Shown piece after piece: positions 17,401 through 26,879 of a stretch of 62,144 bases of DNA. Below the pieces are notes generated by a model. That model had not been told where the DNA came from. It saw only the letters and a program-made list of their open reading frames with translations, and did no database searches. Position 1 is the first letter of the stretch. The number at the start of each line of letters is the position of its first letter. The DNA comes from an uncultured Pirellulaceae bacterium (GTDB taxonomy: Bacteria; Planctomycetota; Planctomycetia; Pirellulales; Pirellulaceae), in the NCBI GenBank assembly GCA_964635375.1, contig CAZWOU010000012.1:1-62144 (forward strand). The letters run 5' to 3'. A program made the translations under genes and the position numbers.

Positions 17401-19389
17401 CGAGCGTGGGGTCCTGGCGGGCGACTGGGCTGCCGAAGCATCCGCGGTCAGGCTTGGGACTGGAGACGCCGTGGTCCGCCGGGTCGCGGTCGCGCTACGG
17501 CTCGATGCGACCTCGGTCGGAACCGTTGGGTTGGCCGATCCACTCGCTTGTGACGCGGGGGCCGAGACATTGCGGCGGGCCACGCCAGCCTCGCTGGCCT
17601 GGATTCGCGACTGCTGAGCCAAACTGGGAGCTCGATCGGAAGCGGCGGCCGGGGTGGGCGAGGTCAATTGCACTGCGTTGCGGGTCGCCCGTGAGCGAGT
17701 TCGGGCGGTCTCGGCGCTGCTCTCGGTCACCGGCGAAGTTTCGGCCTGTCGGCGAGGCGTGGACGAACGGGACGCGATCGAATTGGGACGTGCTCCTGAT
17801 GTGTTCGCAGAAGCTGTCGATTCAGTCGGTGCGGCTTCGGCGTTGGTCGTCGCTTGTTTCGTCACGGCGACGCTCTGAGCCGAAACGTCGGCTCGCGTCG
17901 TTTCGTTTGTGACGGCAGCTGTCTTCGCGGCCGTTTGAATCGCGGGCGAAGGACTCAGCTCATTGTTGCGCTGGCGCGGCGTTGTACGGACAGTGGCCTG
18001 ACTTGTTGGCGCGTTTTGGGTCTCGGTTCGACGCGTCGGCCGCGAGGAACTTTCCAGCGGCGTGGCCAAGGGCTCGACACTGCGAAGGGGCGCCTCGGTC
18101 CGATTAGGGCGACGAGCGGAGGCGATTTGTGTCGCCTGAGGTTGGATTTGAGCGGTTGCAGTGGGAGTTGAGGAATTGGGGTTGGGCGAATCGACCTCGG
18201 CCGCCACCGACGCATCGGGCCGGTTCGTGACGCGCGGTCGACGCGTGGGAACCGGTTGTGGCGAATTAGCGACCTGCGTTTGATCGGGGCTATCGATATG
18301 GCGCCGCTCCACTTCGCGAGCCGCGATTTGCGATGGTTCAACGTCGGTGGGGTTGCGTCGGGCGGCGGGCGACGTGGTCTGTTGACGCGCGACTGGCGTA
18401 ACCGCCGCGGCGTTTACGGCCGGCTCGCTGGTGCTCTTGGAAACTCGGGGGCGAGTCTCGGCGGGAGCCGCAGCGACCTTGGCCTCAACCGTGCGCCGGC
18501 TTGGCGTCGGTCGTGTGCTGTCTTGAGCGACTTTCGGTGAATCGCTCTCAGCTCGGCGGATCGCCGTCTTGGTCGGTTGTGATTCGGCCGGTTCCGTGCG
18601 GCTCATCGATCGCTCGGGCGATCGGCTCGAGGCGACTCGCTCTATCTCAGTCGGCTGAGCGTCGGTGGCAGGCGCGGACGTCTTCCGCGGACTCGCTTGG
18701 GCGTTGGGAGAGGGAATTGCGGCCGCGATTTTTTGGTCGCTGCGGCGACGGCTAAGTCTCGATGGAGTCGGACTGCTGCGGGGCGCGGTTTCGGTCTGGT
18801 TCTTTCGCTCTACCGGTCGCGGTTCGTCCGTCTGGTCTGTTTCGGGTACGGGCGTCGGCTGAGGCTGACGAACATCTTGTTCCTGCGGCTGATCTTTCTC
18901 GACTTCTTCTGGCTCGGGCGATGGCGTTTCCGTTTCCACCGGCTTCTCAAAATCGACTGGTTCATTCTCCTCTCGCGTCAGCTGCATGAAGTCCTGGACC
19001 GTCACCGGATCGCGACGTCGCGTCAGATCTTCCTGGGCGACCTCCGCCGTCCAAGCGCGGCCCAAGACATGGGCGCTGTGGGCGGCGATGATAAATGCGA
19101 GGTGCAGAAGAACGGCAAGCGCGATCGCCAGTTGCATACCGCGGCGGACCATGCGGTTGCTGACCCAACGCATGCCGACCATCACAGCGCCAGTGATCAC
19201 GGCGATGCCGATGATCGAAGTCCAGGCGTTATGAAGCGGGCGAGGATCGTCAAACCGCAAGAAAGCCGCTGTCACGCCGATCGAGAACCCGCCTAGCAGC
19301 GCAAGGGCCACGTTGACGGGCCAAAGCTGGTCGTCAAACGCCGTTGCGGCTCGGGAGCGGGTTTTTCGGATGACGCGACGTGTTGGCAT
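14476..19389 (-). CDS. Giant (1637 aa) envelope protein: N-terminal TM helices, ~1170-aa P/S/T/A/Q/R-rich disordered region, and a C-terminal domain with prenyltransferase/squalene-oxidase-type (alpha/alpha toroid) repeats
   Basis: The ATG at 19389 lies 8 nt after the ExbD-like stop. TM segments include VALALLGGFSIGVTAAFL, IIGIAVITGAVMVGM and LAIALAVLLHLAFIIAA. C-terminal repeats include NQLEDGRW, IQKDNGDLY and AQDPKSGGWRY. Confidence 0.85.
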   Translation of the reverse strand: MPTRRVIRKTRSRAATAFDDQLWPVNVALALLGGFSIGVTAAFLRFDDPRPLHNAWTSIIGIAVITGAVMVGMRWVSNRMVRRGMQLAIALAVLLHLAFIIAAHSAHVLGRAWTAEVAQEDLTRRRDPVTVQDFMQLTREENEPVDFEKPVETETPSPEPEEVEKDQPQEQDVRQPQPTPVPETDQTDEPRPVERKNQTETAPRSSPTPSRLSRRRSDQKIAAAIPSPNAQASPRKTSAPATDAQPTEIERVASSRSPERSMSRTEPAESQPTKTAIRRAESDSPKVAQDSTRPTPSRRTVEAKVAAAPAETRPRVSKSTSEPAVNAAAVTPVARQQTTSPAARRNPTDVEPSQIAAREVERRHIDSPDQTQVANSPQPVPTRRPRVTNRPDASVAAEVDSPNPNSSTPTATAQIQPQATQIASARRPNRTEAPLRSVEPLATPLESSSRPTRRTETQNAPTSQATVRTTPRQRNNELSPSPAIQTAAKTAAVTNETTRADVSAQSVAVTKQATTNAEAAPTESTASANTSGARPNSIASRSSTPRRQAETSPVTESSAETARTRSRATRNAVQLTSPTPAAASDRAPSLAQQSRIQASEAGVARRNVSAPASQASGSANPTVPTEVASSRSATATRRTTASPVPSLTADASAAQSPARTPRSISVASTARSQSAETASAGAADGRPTVEPSAMAMNRGQSGVAGAGGSPNLDRSSPAADTPSQVASSAARRRVATQDTPQGPALRPQAPALTRNTRAMSERSTSVFAPQEVTVANSSATSRVAELDSSASAALEQSLSNAESASITGAAGATEIDLGPTRVVSESGAARNRSAGGGQPEVHSDGDPQPTRRRSLGSPELVVAVDGVGSPAQTAEAGGQSQPLQASVASSLGERAQASEATSTASGQPSSAESTTTSEAAELGSPQLARAELGGELAEPATSSGEEEDDDEEDEEKKRARRLAERMRGGAPQLAIAGARVALDPAPAESVAGNATAPASVEAVAAAGEIGRLSNNGAPANSAAAEAGGGELASTRLGDAQSARAEVADGSTGAPKIGGGSPSLSRRSTGPSFAAASQAETIAIAGQTSSTGEPSGSPIAASSASVGKQNASESEPTISDSPGGSPGELPTGALASATAQRADGGGAGGGPEISDSTSNATARRSARQFAPSSQASFVGAPSPGDIPVAMMEGPSAQFGDQTAALRRQAAGAIAVESAAKEGPGGLGSIAAINAGLNSRRAQRDSMQVHTRPVRYLKKDTGGALSLNSSVVVAKEAFAGRNPSGRRNRLGPQTERAIDLGLAFLARNQLEDGRWTLQGYDAREAQMSSDTAATGLALLAFQGAGYHHKDYEYKANCNAAVQFLVSIQKDNGDLYLPSDEFSNSAVWLYSHGIAALALTEAYGMTQDPALKEPAQKALDFIAYAQDPKSGGWRYTPQGAGDTSVTGWMMMALKSGQLAGLDVADDTYERIDRWLERASTGPSGEKFRYNPDAPDTPTQRHGRNPTTTMTAVGLLMKFYAGQNRDSVSMKKGAVYLLDRLPGVDDKSAYDARRDTYYWYYATQVMFHMKGEYWEKWNESLRPRLLRTQVQQGPQAGSWDPIRPVPDRWGAQAGRLFVTTLNLLSLEVRFRHMPLNEFTGR

Positions 19390-19397
19390 ATCGCTGA

Positions 19398-19811
19398 CTA
19401 TTGTCCTTCTGTCATCAGGCGGTGGTCGTAAATCCCCGCTTTCATGCAGGCATTGATCGCTTGGACGGGAAAATCGACCGGGACCCGTTTGTCCGCCCGA
19501 ATGTGGACGGTTTGGTTGACGGGATTGTTGGCCGCTGTCTGCTGCAATAACAAGCTTAGCTCATCAATATCGAGGAATTTGTCGTGCACCATGTAGCGGC
19601 CCTCGGCATCGACGTTAATGATCACGATTTGCGGCTGAACCGTGAGCGGCTGGGCTTCGGAAGCCGCGGGCAAGACAAGGTCCAGCTCGAAATCCTCGTC
19701 GGCAAACTTGGTTGCCACCAGGAAGAATATGAGCAGCATGAAAAGCACATCGATCAACGGCGTCATGCTGAGCAGGCCAATGACCGAGCTTTTCTTAATT
19801 CGAACGGACAT
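19398..19811 (-). CDS. ExbD/TolR-family biopolymer transport protein
   Basis: The internal ATG at 19811 gives a 137-aa product. The N-terminus SMTPLIDVLFMLLIFFLV is the canonical ExbD TM helix. Confidence 0.85.
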   Translation of the reverse strand: MSVRIKKSSVIGLLSMTPLIDVLFMLLIFFLVATKFADEDFELDLVLPAASEAQPLTVQPQIVIINVDAEGRYMVHDKFLDIDELSLLLQQTAANNPVNQTVHIRADKRVPVDFPVQAINACMKAGIYDHRLMTEGQ

Positions 19812-19854
19812 GCAAACCGGTCCTGAATCTATGGTCCATTGGGAACACTTGCGG

Positions 19855-20829
19855 TTAAGACGGCGTCGGCGAAACTCGAGAAGGTTCCGCTGCATTGTCC
19901 GCGGAGCCTTCCGCTGCATCAGAGTCTGACGAGCGAGGCTGGGCAAAACGGACTCGCCCTTCGAACCGCTCGACCTGAGGAAGCAGGTTGAATAGCAACT
20001 CGTTGATTTGATGAAACAGAGTTTGGATGCGACTTTCAAAATAGTGCGAGAGCACGGCGGAGGGAATCGCCACGGATAATCCGGCCAAGGTCGTGACCAA
20101 GGCGACGAAAATCCCTTCCGCCAGATAGTCGGCTTTATTCTGGTCGGCTGCCAGGAAAGTGAATCCGTGGAAGGCCTGAATCATACCCCACACGGTCCCC
20201 AGCAATCCGAGCAATGGCGCGACGGCAGCGGACAGATTCAACCACCGCACGTTCGCGTAGAGCCGATCCGCCTCTCGCTCGCTGGCCTCAGTCACCGCCC
20301 GTTCGACCTCGCCATGAGGCCGTCCAACTTTCAGCAACATCACTCGAATCACGGCGGCCGCCGTCGAGGGAAATTCTTGGCAGATGCGATAGGCTTGCCG
20401 AGGATCAAAACCGGCTTGAGGCCCGCCCAGTTGGCCGATTCGCTGCACCAACAAGTCGGGAAGCACGCGTTGGCGGCGAAGTGCAATTCCTCGCTCGATC
20501 GAAACGGTTACGACCAGAACCGACAAACAAACGATCGGCAGCATCAGGTAACCGCCCCGAAACAACAGCCCGAGCAAGTTAATCGCTTGAGGCGCGTCAC
20601 TCGCAGGAGCGGGCGAATCATCTGGTTCAGCGAAGTTCTCGCCGGCCGCGGGAGGAGGCGCCGCGCTCGGTCCGCCGACGTCGTCTTGCGCGCGCAGGGC
20701 GACAGCAAACAACAATACGGCAGCGAGGCAAGACGCGACAATCAGGCGCTGCTTCGCTCCGCCTAGAACGTACGATATCCCCTCGCGCCAAGACGAAAGG
20801 CTCCCTCTCAACCCTAATCGTGTTGTCAT
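19855..20829 (-). CDS. MotA/TolQ/ExbB proton-channel family protein
   Basis: C-terminal TM helices carry LLGLLGTVWGMIQAF and ALVTTLAGLSVAIP. An N-terminal signal-like helix and an extra domain are present. Confidence 0.85.
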   Translation of the reverse strand: MTTRLGLRGSLSSWREGISYVLGGAKQRLIVASCLAAVLLFAVALRAQDDVGGPSAAPPPAAGENFAEPDDSPAPASDAPQAINLLGLLFRGGYLMLPIVCLSVLVVTVSIERGIALRRQRVLPDLLVQRIGQLGGPQAGFDPRQAYRICQEFPSTAAAVIRVMLLKVGRPHGEVERAVTEASEREADRLYANVRWLNLSAAVAPLLGLLGTVWGMIQAFHGFTFLAADQNKADYLAEGIFVALVTTLAGLSVAIPSAVLSHYFESRIQTLFHQINELLFNLLPQVERFEGRVRFAQPRSSDSDAAEGSADNAAEPSRVSPTPS

Positions 20830-20900
20830 GACTCAACCCCGTTTAGGATTCGCGGACCATGTGAATACAGCATCAGAATCTCTCAATGGGTAACGCTTGC

Positions 20901-23900
20901 TTACAGTTTGACGAGCACAGCAAGTCTCTTCTTGGCTGCCTCAGCGAGCTCATGCCGCGGGTGCGACCGAACCACGTAATCGTAGAATTTCTTGGCGTCG
21001 GCGATCGCGGTCGTCTTCGCTTGTCCTTCGGCTTGATTGATCAGAACCTCCGCGCACCTACCAGCTTCAAACCCTGATTTGGCTTGCCAGTTTCGTACTG
21101 GTTCGGTCGCTTTGTCGGCGCCAAAGCCGAACATGACGCGTTGAAACCGCCTGGACGCCAACACGTATTGCTTCTCAATGAAGAGGACTTCGCCCAACAT
21201 GAAACCGGCTCGCGCGCCGACCTCGCCTCGCGATTGATCCGTAGAGGCGGTGTAATCCGCCTTTGCGTCATCTAGCCGGTCGAGGTTCTGTCTGGCTCGG
21301 CCACGCTCAAAATGGGCCTCAGCAATGAAATTCGACTTAGGGTGCTTGCTGATCAGTTCGCTCAGAACCGTCTCGCTGTCGTCCCAATTCTCCAATTGGT
21401 TGGCGGATTGCCCGGCGTGCAGCAGGGTCAGGACGGCGATGTTCTCCGAGGATGGTTTGTGCTTTCGAGTCGCCTTGAACGCGGCGGAGGCGGCGGCGTA
21501 GTCCTTCAGCTTGAAGGAACACTCGCCCTGCATAAACAGAGCGTCGGAGAGCAATGCGCCCTGGGGATGCCGCTCCGCCTGTTCAGTGAACTCCACCAGG
21601 GCTTCACTATATTTTTCCTGCTGATAGTTGGCCCAGCCAAGCTTGTAAACCGATTTCTCATGCAGCACATCTTGCTTGGTCGCCTTCTTGACCTGGGCGT
21701 AGTTGGCGGCCGCCTCGGCGTAGGCCTTCTTCTGATAGTGGTCTTCGCCGACGTGAAACAGGGCTTCCGGCGCCAACTCGCTGTTGGGGTGCGCCGCTCC
21801 TAGCGCGGCGAACTGAGCCGCTGCGGCCTTGGCGTTTCCGCTCGACTTGTGGGCCCACGCCAATTCGTAGAGAACTTTGTCAGCGCTCGCGTACTTGGCA
21901 TTGTCTTTGAGAATGCTGGCGAAGGTCTTCACCGCGCCCTTGAAGTCTTGCAGCCCAACTTCCGCAAGCCCTCGTTCGTACAGCGCATCACAGCGAGTCG
22001 CGATTGGCGGTTCGGATTGTAGAAAGGCCGCGACATCCTCGAGCACGCCCTTGAATTCGTTTTGCTGCCGACGACTCATCGCCCTCGCGAAACGCGTGTC
22101 CGCGGCTAACTTGTGTTCGCCGAATTTGGCGAGCAAATCGGTGAAGGCCTTCGTCGCTTGAGGAAAGGCGCCGCTCTTGAGCTGGCTCCAACCGAGGCCG
22201 TAGAGAGCGAAGGGGGCGAACAGCGAATCCGGGTTGACTGTGGCGACTTGCCCGTAGTGTTTGATGGCCTCCGGAAAATTGCCCCCCGCGTAGTGAAACT
22301 CGCCTAGCCGGTAGTGGGCTTGATCCTTAACTGGACTGTTTGGGAATTCGTCGAGCACGCGTTTCGCCAGAGCTTGAGCTGCTTTGAATTCACCCAGTTT
22401 GCCCTGAGATCGCGCCGCGAAGATCAGAGCTTCATCGGCTTGGCGCCACTTAGGTTCCGCCTTTCCCGAGTCGGCGAGAGCCTTGATCGCAGCGGGATAT
22501 TTCTCCTGGTAGAAGCAACATGCCCCAATCACGAATAACGCCTCCGCCCGTTGATCCGGCGCCTTGATGGTGGCGATGTCCTTGCTCAATTGTTGCTCGG
22601 CGTCAGCGTATTTCTTCTGTAGGTAGAGCGAGGCACCCAAACGAACTCGCCACGACTCCTTCTCGGGGTGGTCGGCGGCCAGGGCCACAAGTTCCCTCAG
22701 TTCCTTTTCCGCTTCGGGATACTTGCGCAGTTGGAGGTTGCTTTCGGCTCGCACATATCGGGTATCCGCCACAAGGCGGTTCTCGCCAAACTTGGCTAGG
22801 AACTGGGTCGCCAGCTGAATCGCCTGCGCGTGATCCTTGATTTCCATTGCGCCAAAGGCAGCGTTGTAGAGTGCTTGCGAGGCGGCCGAGTGATCTGGGT
22901 ATTTCTCGGCGATAGAGATGTAGATGGCTTGGGACTCAGCCTTCTTCGCGGGGTCGGCGTATAAGGCATCGGCTTTGTCCATCATCAAGTTGGCCGTGAA
23001 CTTGTCATCACCCGCCTTCGGCAAAACGGTATCGGCGAGGGCAATTGCCAGGGCGGCGCGGTTGTTTCGCAGATGCAATCGACAGATCCAATGGGCGGAT
23101 TCGACCACATCGGCGGCGCCCGCGTCGACCACCTTCTGAAACCACTGCTGGGCCGGCTCGTCAGCCCCAGCCCGGTAGTACGCGCGGCCCGCGGAGACGG
23201 TAGCGTCCGACTTATACGACGAGTCCGGAAACCGCCCGACCAGCGAAGCGTACAGGTCGCCAGCCTCCTTGAATTTGTTTTGCTGAGACAGGCAGTAGCC
23301 CTGTCGAAATTGAGCGTGATCGGCCGATTCAAAATCAGCGATCGCGGCGACTTGGGCAAACAGCGTCTCGGCCGTCTTCGTGTCTCCGCCTTGCAGGACC
23401 ATTTCGGCTTTGCGCATTAGCACTTCATTGGCCAGGTCGTCTTGCTTGCACTGACCGAGGAACTGGTCGTAGTATTTCAGGGCTTGGCCGTACTGCTTCA
23501 ACTCCTCATGCGCGACGCCCAAGGCATAAGCCGCGTCGCAAACTAACTCGCTTTCCTTGTGTTTTTGCAGCAGCGTTTGATAGGGCTGCAAGCACGCCTT
23601 GAGTTGGCCAGCCAGGTAGAGTGATTCCCCTTGAAAAAAGAGCGCCTGGGCCGCATGTTTTGAGTCTGGCTGTTTCGTCAGCAACTCGGCGAAAGTGGCG
23701 GCTGCCGCTTGAAAGGCCTTGGGGTCCTGTTTGGCCTGGGCGATCGAATAGCGGCACCAGCCCAAATTGATGTAAGCGTCGTCAATGAACTCGAATTTGG
23801 GGTGACTCTTGACCACCGCGGCGAACGCCAGGGCGGCCTTGTCATATTTCTTCAACTGGAGATAACAGACGCCCTGATAGTGCTGCGCCTTCGGGGACAG

Positions 23901-24224
23901 AGGATCCTTGGGAAACTTAGCTAGAAAATTGGTCCATTCTTCAAGGGCCAAATCGTACGCATCATTGTTCTGAAAATTCGCCGCGTCGGCGAATTTGGTG
24001 ATCGCCTCTTGTGGCGAATCCTGCGCTTTGGCAGCTGGCGCCAAACAGAGGATCACGATCAGGCACGCTGCCGCAATCCCCCAAGCGCTCTTTGCCATTC
24101 CCGCAAGACCCTCTCCCGCAAGACCCTCGGTTTGCAATCTGGGAGAATGGTCCCGTCTCGTATTTGCACTGTGGCGGAATTCTGCAGTGTCACTGGAGAT
24201 CCAGCCGATTCCAATCCGTTTCAT
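20901..24224 (-). CDS. Very large TPR-repeat (YbgF/CpoB-like repeats) secreted or anchored protein
   Basis: The protein is about 1100 aa of consecutive TPR-like units. The ATG at 24224 has a GAGGA 6 nt upstream. The alternative ATG at 24098 directly precedes the signal-like helix MAKSAWGIAAACLIVILCLAPAAKA. Confidence 0.85.
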   Translation of the reverse strand: MKRIGIGWISSDTAEFRHSANTRRDHSPRLQTEGLAGEGLAGMAKSAWGIAAACLIVILCLAPAAKAQDSPQEAITKFADAANFQNNDAYDLALEEWTNFLAKFPKDPLSPKAQHYQGVCYLQLKKYDKAALAFAAVVKSHPKFEFIDDAYINLGWCRYSIAQAKQDPKAFQAAAATFAELLTKQPDSKHAAQALFFQGESLYLAGQLKACLQPYQTLLQKHKESELVCDAAYALGVAHEELKQYGQALKYYDQFLGQCKQDDLANEVLMRKAEMVLQGGDTKTAETLFAQVAAIADFESADHAQFRQGYCLSQQNKFKEAGDLYASLVGRFPDSSYKSDATVSAGRAYYRAGADEPAQQWFQKVVDAGAADVVESAHWICRLHLRNNRAALAIALADTVLPKAGDDKFTANLMMDKADALYADPAKKAESQAIYISIAEKYPDHSAASQALYNAAFGAMEIKDHAQAIQLATQFLAKFGENRLVADTRYVRAESNLQLRKYPEAEKELRELVALAADHPEKESWRVRLGASLYLQKKYADAEQQLSKDIATIKAPDQRAEALFVIGACCFYQEKYPAAIKALADSGKAEPKWRQADEALIFAARSQGKLGEFKAAQALAKRVLDEFPNSPVKDQAHYRLGEFHYAGGNFPEAIKHYGQVATVNPDSLFAPFALYGLGWSQLKSGAFPQATKAFTDLLAKFGEHKLAADTRFARAMSRRQQNEFKGVLEDVAAFLQSEPPIATRCDALYERGLAEVGLQDFKGAVKTFASILKDNAKYASADKVLYELAWAHKSSGNAKAAAAQFAALGAAHPNSELAPEALFHVGEDHYQKKAYAEAAANYAQVKKATKQDVLHEKSVYKLGWANYQQEKYSEALVEFTEQAERHPQGALLSDALFMQGECSFKLKDYAAASAAFKATRKHKPSSENIAVLTLLHAGQSANQLENWDDSETVLSELISKHPKSNFIAEAHFERGRARQNLDRLDDAKADYTASTDQSRGEVGARAGFMLGEVLFIEKQYVLASRRFQRVMFGFGADKATEPVRNWQAKSGFEAGRCAEVLINQAEGQAKTTAIADAKKFYDYVVRSHPRHELAEAAKKRLAVLVKL
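24100..24129. repeat. 15-bp tandem duplication (x2)
   Basis: CCCGCAAGACCCTCT and CCCGCAAGACCCTCG lie head to tail. They encode EGLAG-EGLAG if the 24224 start is used. Confidence 0.9.
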
Positions 24225-24585
24225 TTCTGTCCTCGCCTTTGAATCGCAGCCGAGTGTAGGCTGGCCAAAAGTGTTACCAACAAACAGGATCCGTTACGGC
24301 GACGCTATTCGCCGATCCTTGCATGTTCGAGTTTATCGCATCTTGCTTGCTTGCGAAAACCGAGCGCCGTGTTGGAATTGCCATTCGAATGTGCGATCTT
24401 CCCATTTTGTTGGCTTTCAAACTCCCCAACTTGCCTAGCTGAGGGCATTTCGGCCCAGTCGTGAACCGCTTGCCCGCCAAGCCTGGGCCGATTAAGTTGG
24501 CCCACTTGGCCACCCAGGTCGGACGACACTTAGTTGGCGGAATCGTCCTCCGCCCCTGTTCGCACATCTCGGCGTGCACTCTTAT

Positions 24586-25578
24586 ATGAACGCAAAACGC
24601 ATTCTCGTTACGGGCGGAGCCGGATTTATTGGCTCGCATCTCACCGAACGTCTGCTCCAAAGCGGAGCTTCGGTGACCGTGCTGGACGACCAATCGACTG
24701 GTGACCGCGAGAACTTGCGAATCGCCGAAGCCGATTCCCGATTTCGCTTCGTCCAGGGGTCGGCTGGGGACGACGACCTGATTCGCCAGCTGATCCAAGA
24801 ATCGGACCAGGTCTACCACCTGGCCGCTGCCGTCGGAGTGGCTCTGATCGCCAAACAGCCGATCGAGACCATCGAGCGCAATATCTACCCCACTCAGTTG
24901 ATTCTTGGGGAAATGCAAAAAGAGGCCGAAAAAGGGCGGTCTGTGCGGTTGTTTGTCGCCAGCACCAGCGAGGTCTACGGGAAGAACCCCAAACCACAGT
25001 GGTGCGAGGACGATGACCTCGTGTTCGGATCCACCCGACGAGCACGCTGGTCGTACGGCGCCTCCAAAGCGATCGACGAATTCCTGGCCCTCGCCTATTG
25101 GCGGCAGTTCCGACTGCCCGTCGTCATCGGCCGATTCTTCAACGTGGTCGGACCTCGGCAATCCGGAGCATACGGCATGGTGGTGCCCCGCTTTGTCCAA
25201 GCAGCGATCAGCGGGAAACCGCTCAAAGTGCACGACGACGGCAAGCAAGTCAGGTGCTTCGCCCACGTCGACGATGTCGTCCGTTGGGTCCTGCAACTGA
25301 TGAACACCGACGACGCTCTGGGGCGTGTCACCAATATCGGCAGCGACGAACCAGTCAGCATCCTTGAACTGGCCCAGCGAGTCATCGCGGCGTCCGATTC
25401 ATCGTCGCAAATCGAGTTCCAATCCTACACCGACGCCTACGATGAAGACTTCGAGGATATCCGCAGACGCATCCCCGACGTCAGCCGCCTTCGCTCCATC
25501 GTGGACCATCGTCCTTCTTATGACCTGGATGGCATCATCCGCGAGCTTGTGCGAGAGACTCAAAGCGGTGACGGATAA
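24586..25578 (+). CDS. NAD-dependent epimerase/dehydratase (extended SDR; UDP-sugar decarboxylase/dehydratase-like)
   Basis: The Rossmann motif is ILVTGGAGFIGSHL and the catalytic motif is YGASK (YxxxK). The ATG is at 24586; the ORF track start at 24574 is a GTG. Confidence 0.85.
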   Translation: MNAKRILVTGGAGFIGSHLTERLLQSGASVTVLDDQSTGDRENLRIAEADSRFRFVQGSAGDDDLIRQLIQESDQVYHLAAAVGVALIAKQPIETIERNIYPTQLILGEMQKEAEKGRSVRLFVASTSEVYGKNPKPQWCEDDDLVFGSTRRARWSYGASKAIDEFLALAYWRQFRLPVVIGRFFNVVGPRQSGAYGMVVPRFVQAAISGKPLKVHDDGKQVRCFAHVDDVVRWVLQLMNTDDALGRVTNIGSDEPVSILELAQRVIAASDSSSQIEFQSYTDAYDEDFEDIRRRIPDVSRLRSIVDHRPSYDLDGIIRELVRETQSGDG

Positions 25579-25655
25579 TCCAAAACGGACCCGCGCTATT
25601 TCGCTTCGACTCTCCGGCAATTAATGCTTCGGCTCTGGCAATCATTCTGAGGCGA

Positions 25656-26657
25656 TCATTCTGACTTGATGGATGGTTCAGGCTCGGCCGTCCCCGGCCC
25701 AAACGGAGGGGGCAATGGGGAGGTCTCGCCAGGGGTGCGGAGGGCCGCGTTTTCTGTCGCCATCATCGCCACAAACACATCTTGGTCGATTGAGTCCGAT
25801 AAGAAGCGACTCGCTCCGCTGACAAAAACGACGTTGGCGCCGCCCACATGAAAACTGCTGGCCCTCGCCGTCGCCAGCGAATTCTCGGTATCGGCGAATC
25901 CCTCGTTGAACGCCGAGACGCGTCCCGCCCCGCCGTCCCAACGCGCGTTGTCCCACAGAAAAACAAGCTCCCTCTCCTTGCCGTTGGACCAGGGACCTGC
26001 GGCCGTGTTTTCGCTCAGCAGCAACGTCATCTCGGTACCATCGCGCTGCTGAATGTAAGAGATTCCGATTTTCGGCGAACCGGCGCGGGTCGCGTCCAAG
26101 AAGACACCGTTGGCCGGCCAATCGGGCAAGGCGTCCGTGGCGACCCGTCCGTCCATGTCCGCGTCGGGCAAGCCGCCGTTGGCCACGAAATGGCATGCGG
26201 CAGGTGGCATTTCCCCAATTCCTGGGGCCGCGGGGCACAGCAACATCCCAATCCGAGTCGCTGGATCGTCGCCCTTCATGTCGTCCTCGCCAGCAGCACC
26301 GTACAGCTCGAAGACGTGGGCCCATGGCGTTGTGTTGATGGTCGAACTCGGGCGCAGGTAGGGCAATGTGCTGAAGACCCAGCCTACGTTCCGGCTCATC
26401 TCATCGTCCGACAATTGCCGCTGCCGATACCCAGGGAAGCCTCCCATTTGCTGTTCGTATTCGCTCAACGCAAAGCTGACCAGGAGCATGTTTCGCTCGC
26501 AAGCCGCCCGCCGAGACTTGGCTCGCAACTGCAGTAAATAGGGCGAACCCAAGGTAAGCAGGGCCAGCAAGATGGCGATCAAGACGATCACCTCCCGCAG
26601 GGCGATCCCGTTTCGGTGCCGATTCAGCACTTTCGGGGGGAGACGGCGGCCAAACAT
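25656..26657 (-). CDS. DUF1559-type protein with a prepilin-type N-terminal cleavage/methylation segment
   Basis: NG/IALREVIVLIAILLALL has Glu at +5. The C-terminal SSFHVGGANVVFVSGASRF is a variant H-X9-(D/S)G motif. The internal ATG is at 26657. Confidence 0.8.
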   Translation of the reverse strand: MFGRRLPPKVLNRHRNGIALREVIVLIAILLALLTLGSPYLLQLRAKSRRAACERNMLLVSFALSEYEQQMGGFPGYRQRQLSDDEMSRNVGWVFSTLPYLRPSSTINTTPWAHVFELYGAAGEDDMKGDDPATRIGMLLCPAAPGIGEMPPAACHFVANGGLPDADMDGRVATDALPDWPANGVFLDATRAGSPKIGISYIQQRDGTEMTLLLSENTAAGPWSNGKERELVFLWDNARWDGGAGRVSAFNEGFADTENSLATARASSFHVGGANVVFVSGASRFLSDSIDQDVFVAMMATENAALRTPGETSPLPPPFGPGTAEPEPSIKSE

Positions 26658-26879
26658 CTGGTAATTCTTGACAAACAAAGCTGCGCCCTGTCGAATGAAC
26701 CGAGTAAGATAAACACCATAGCCCATTGGATCGGCGTTTTCGCTCCGATAGATGGAAAAACACGCTTTTGGGGTCACATCTGGCCTAGGTTTTCAGCGAC
26801 CCGGGCCTGCAACCGCGATTTCAAGTCGATTTACCCCATTGCTAGCGGTTCCGGATGCTAGCGGAACGAGGAAGGTGTG

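Noticed and set aside
24274-25296. 340-aa minus-strand ORF opposite the epimerase/dehydratase gene
   Set aside because: It is entirely antisense to a gene with clear SDR motifs. Its composition is Arg/Gly/Pro-rich with no recognisable domain. This is a typical shadow ORF of GC-rich DNA.
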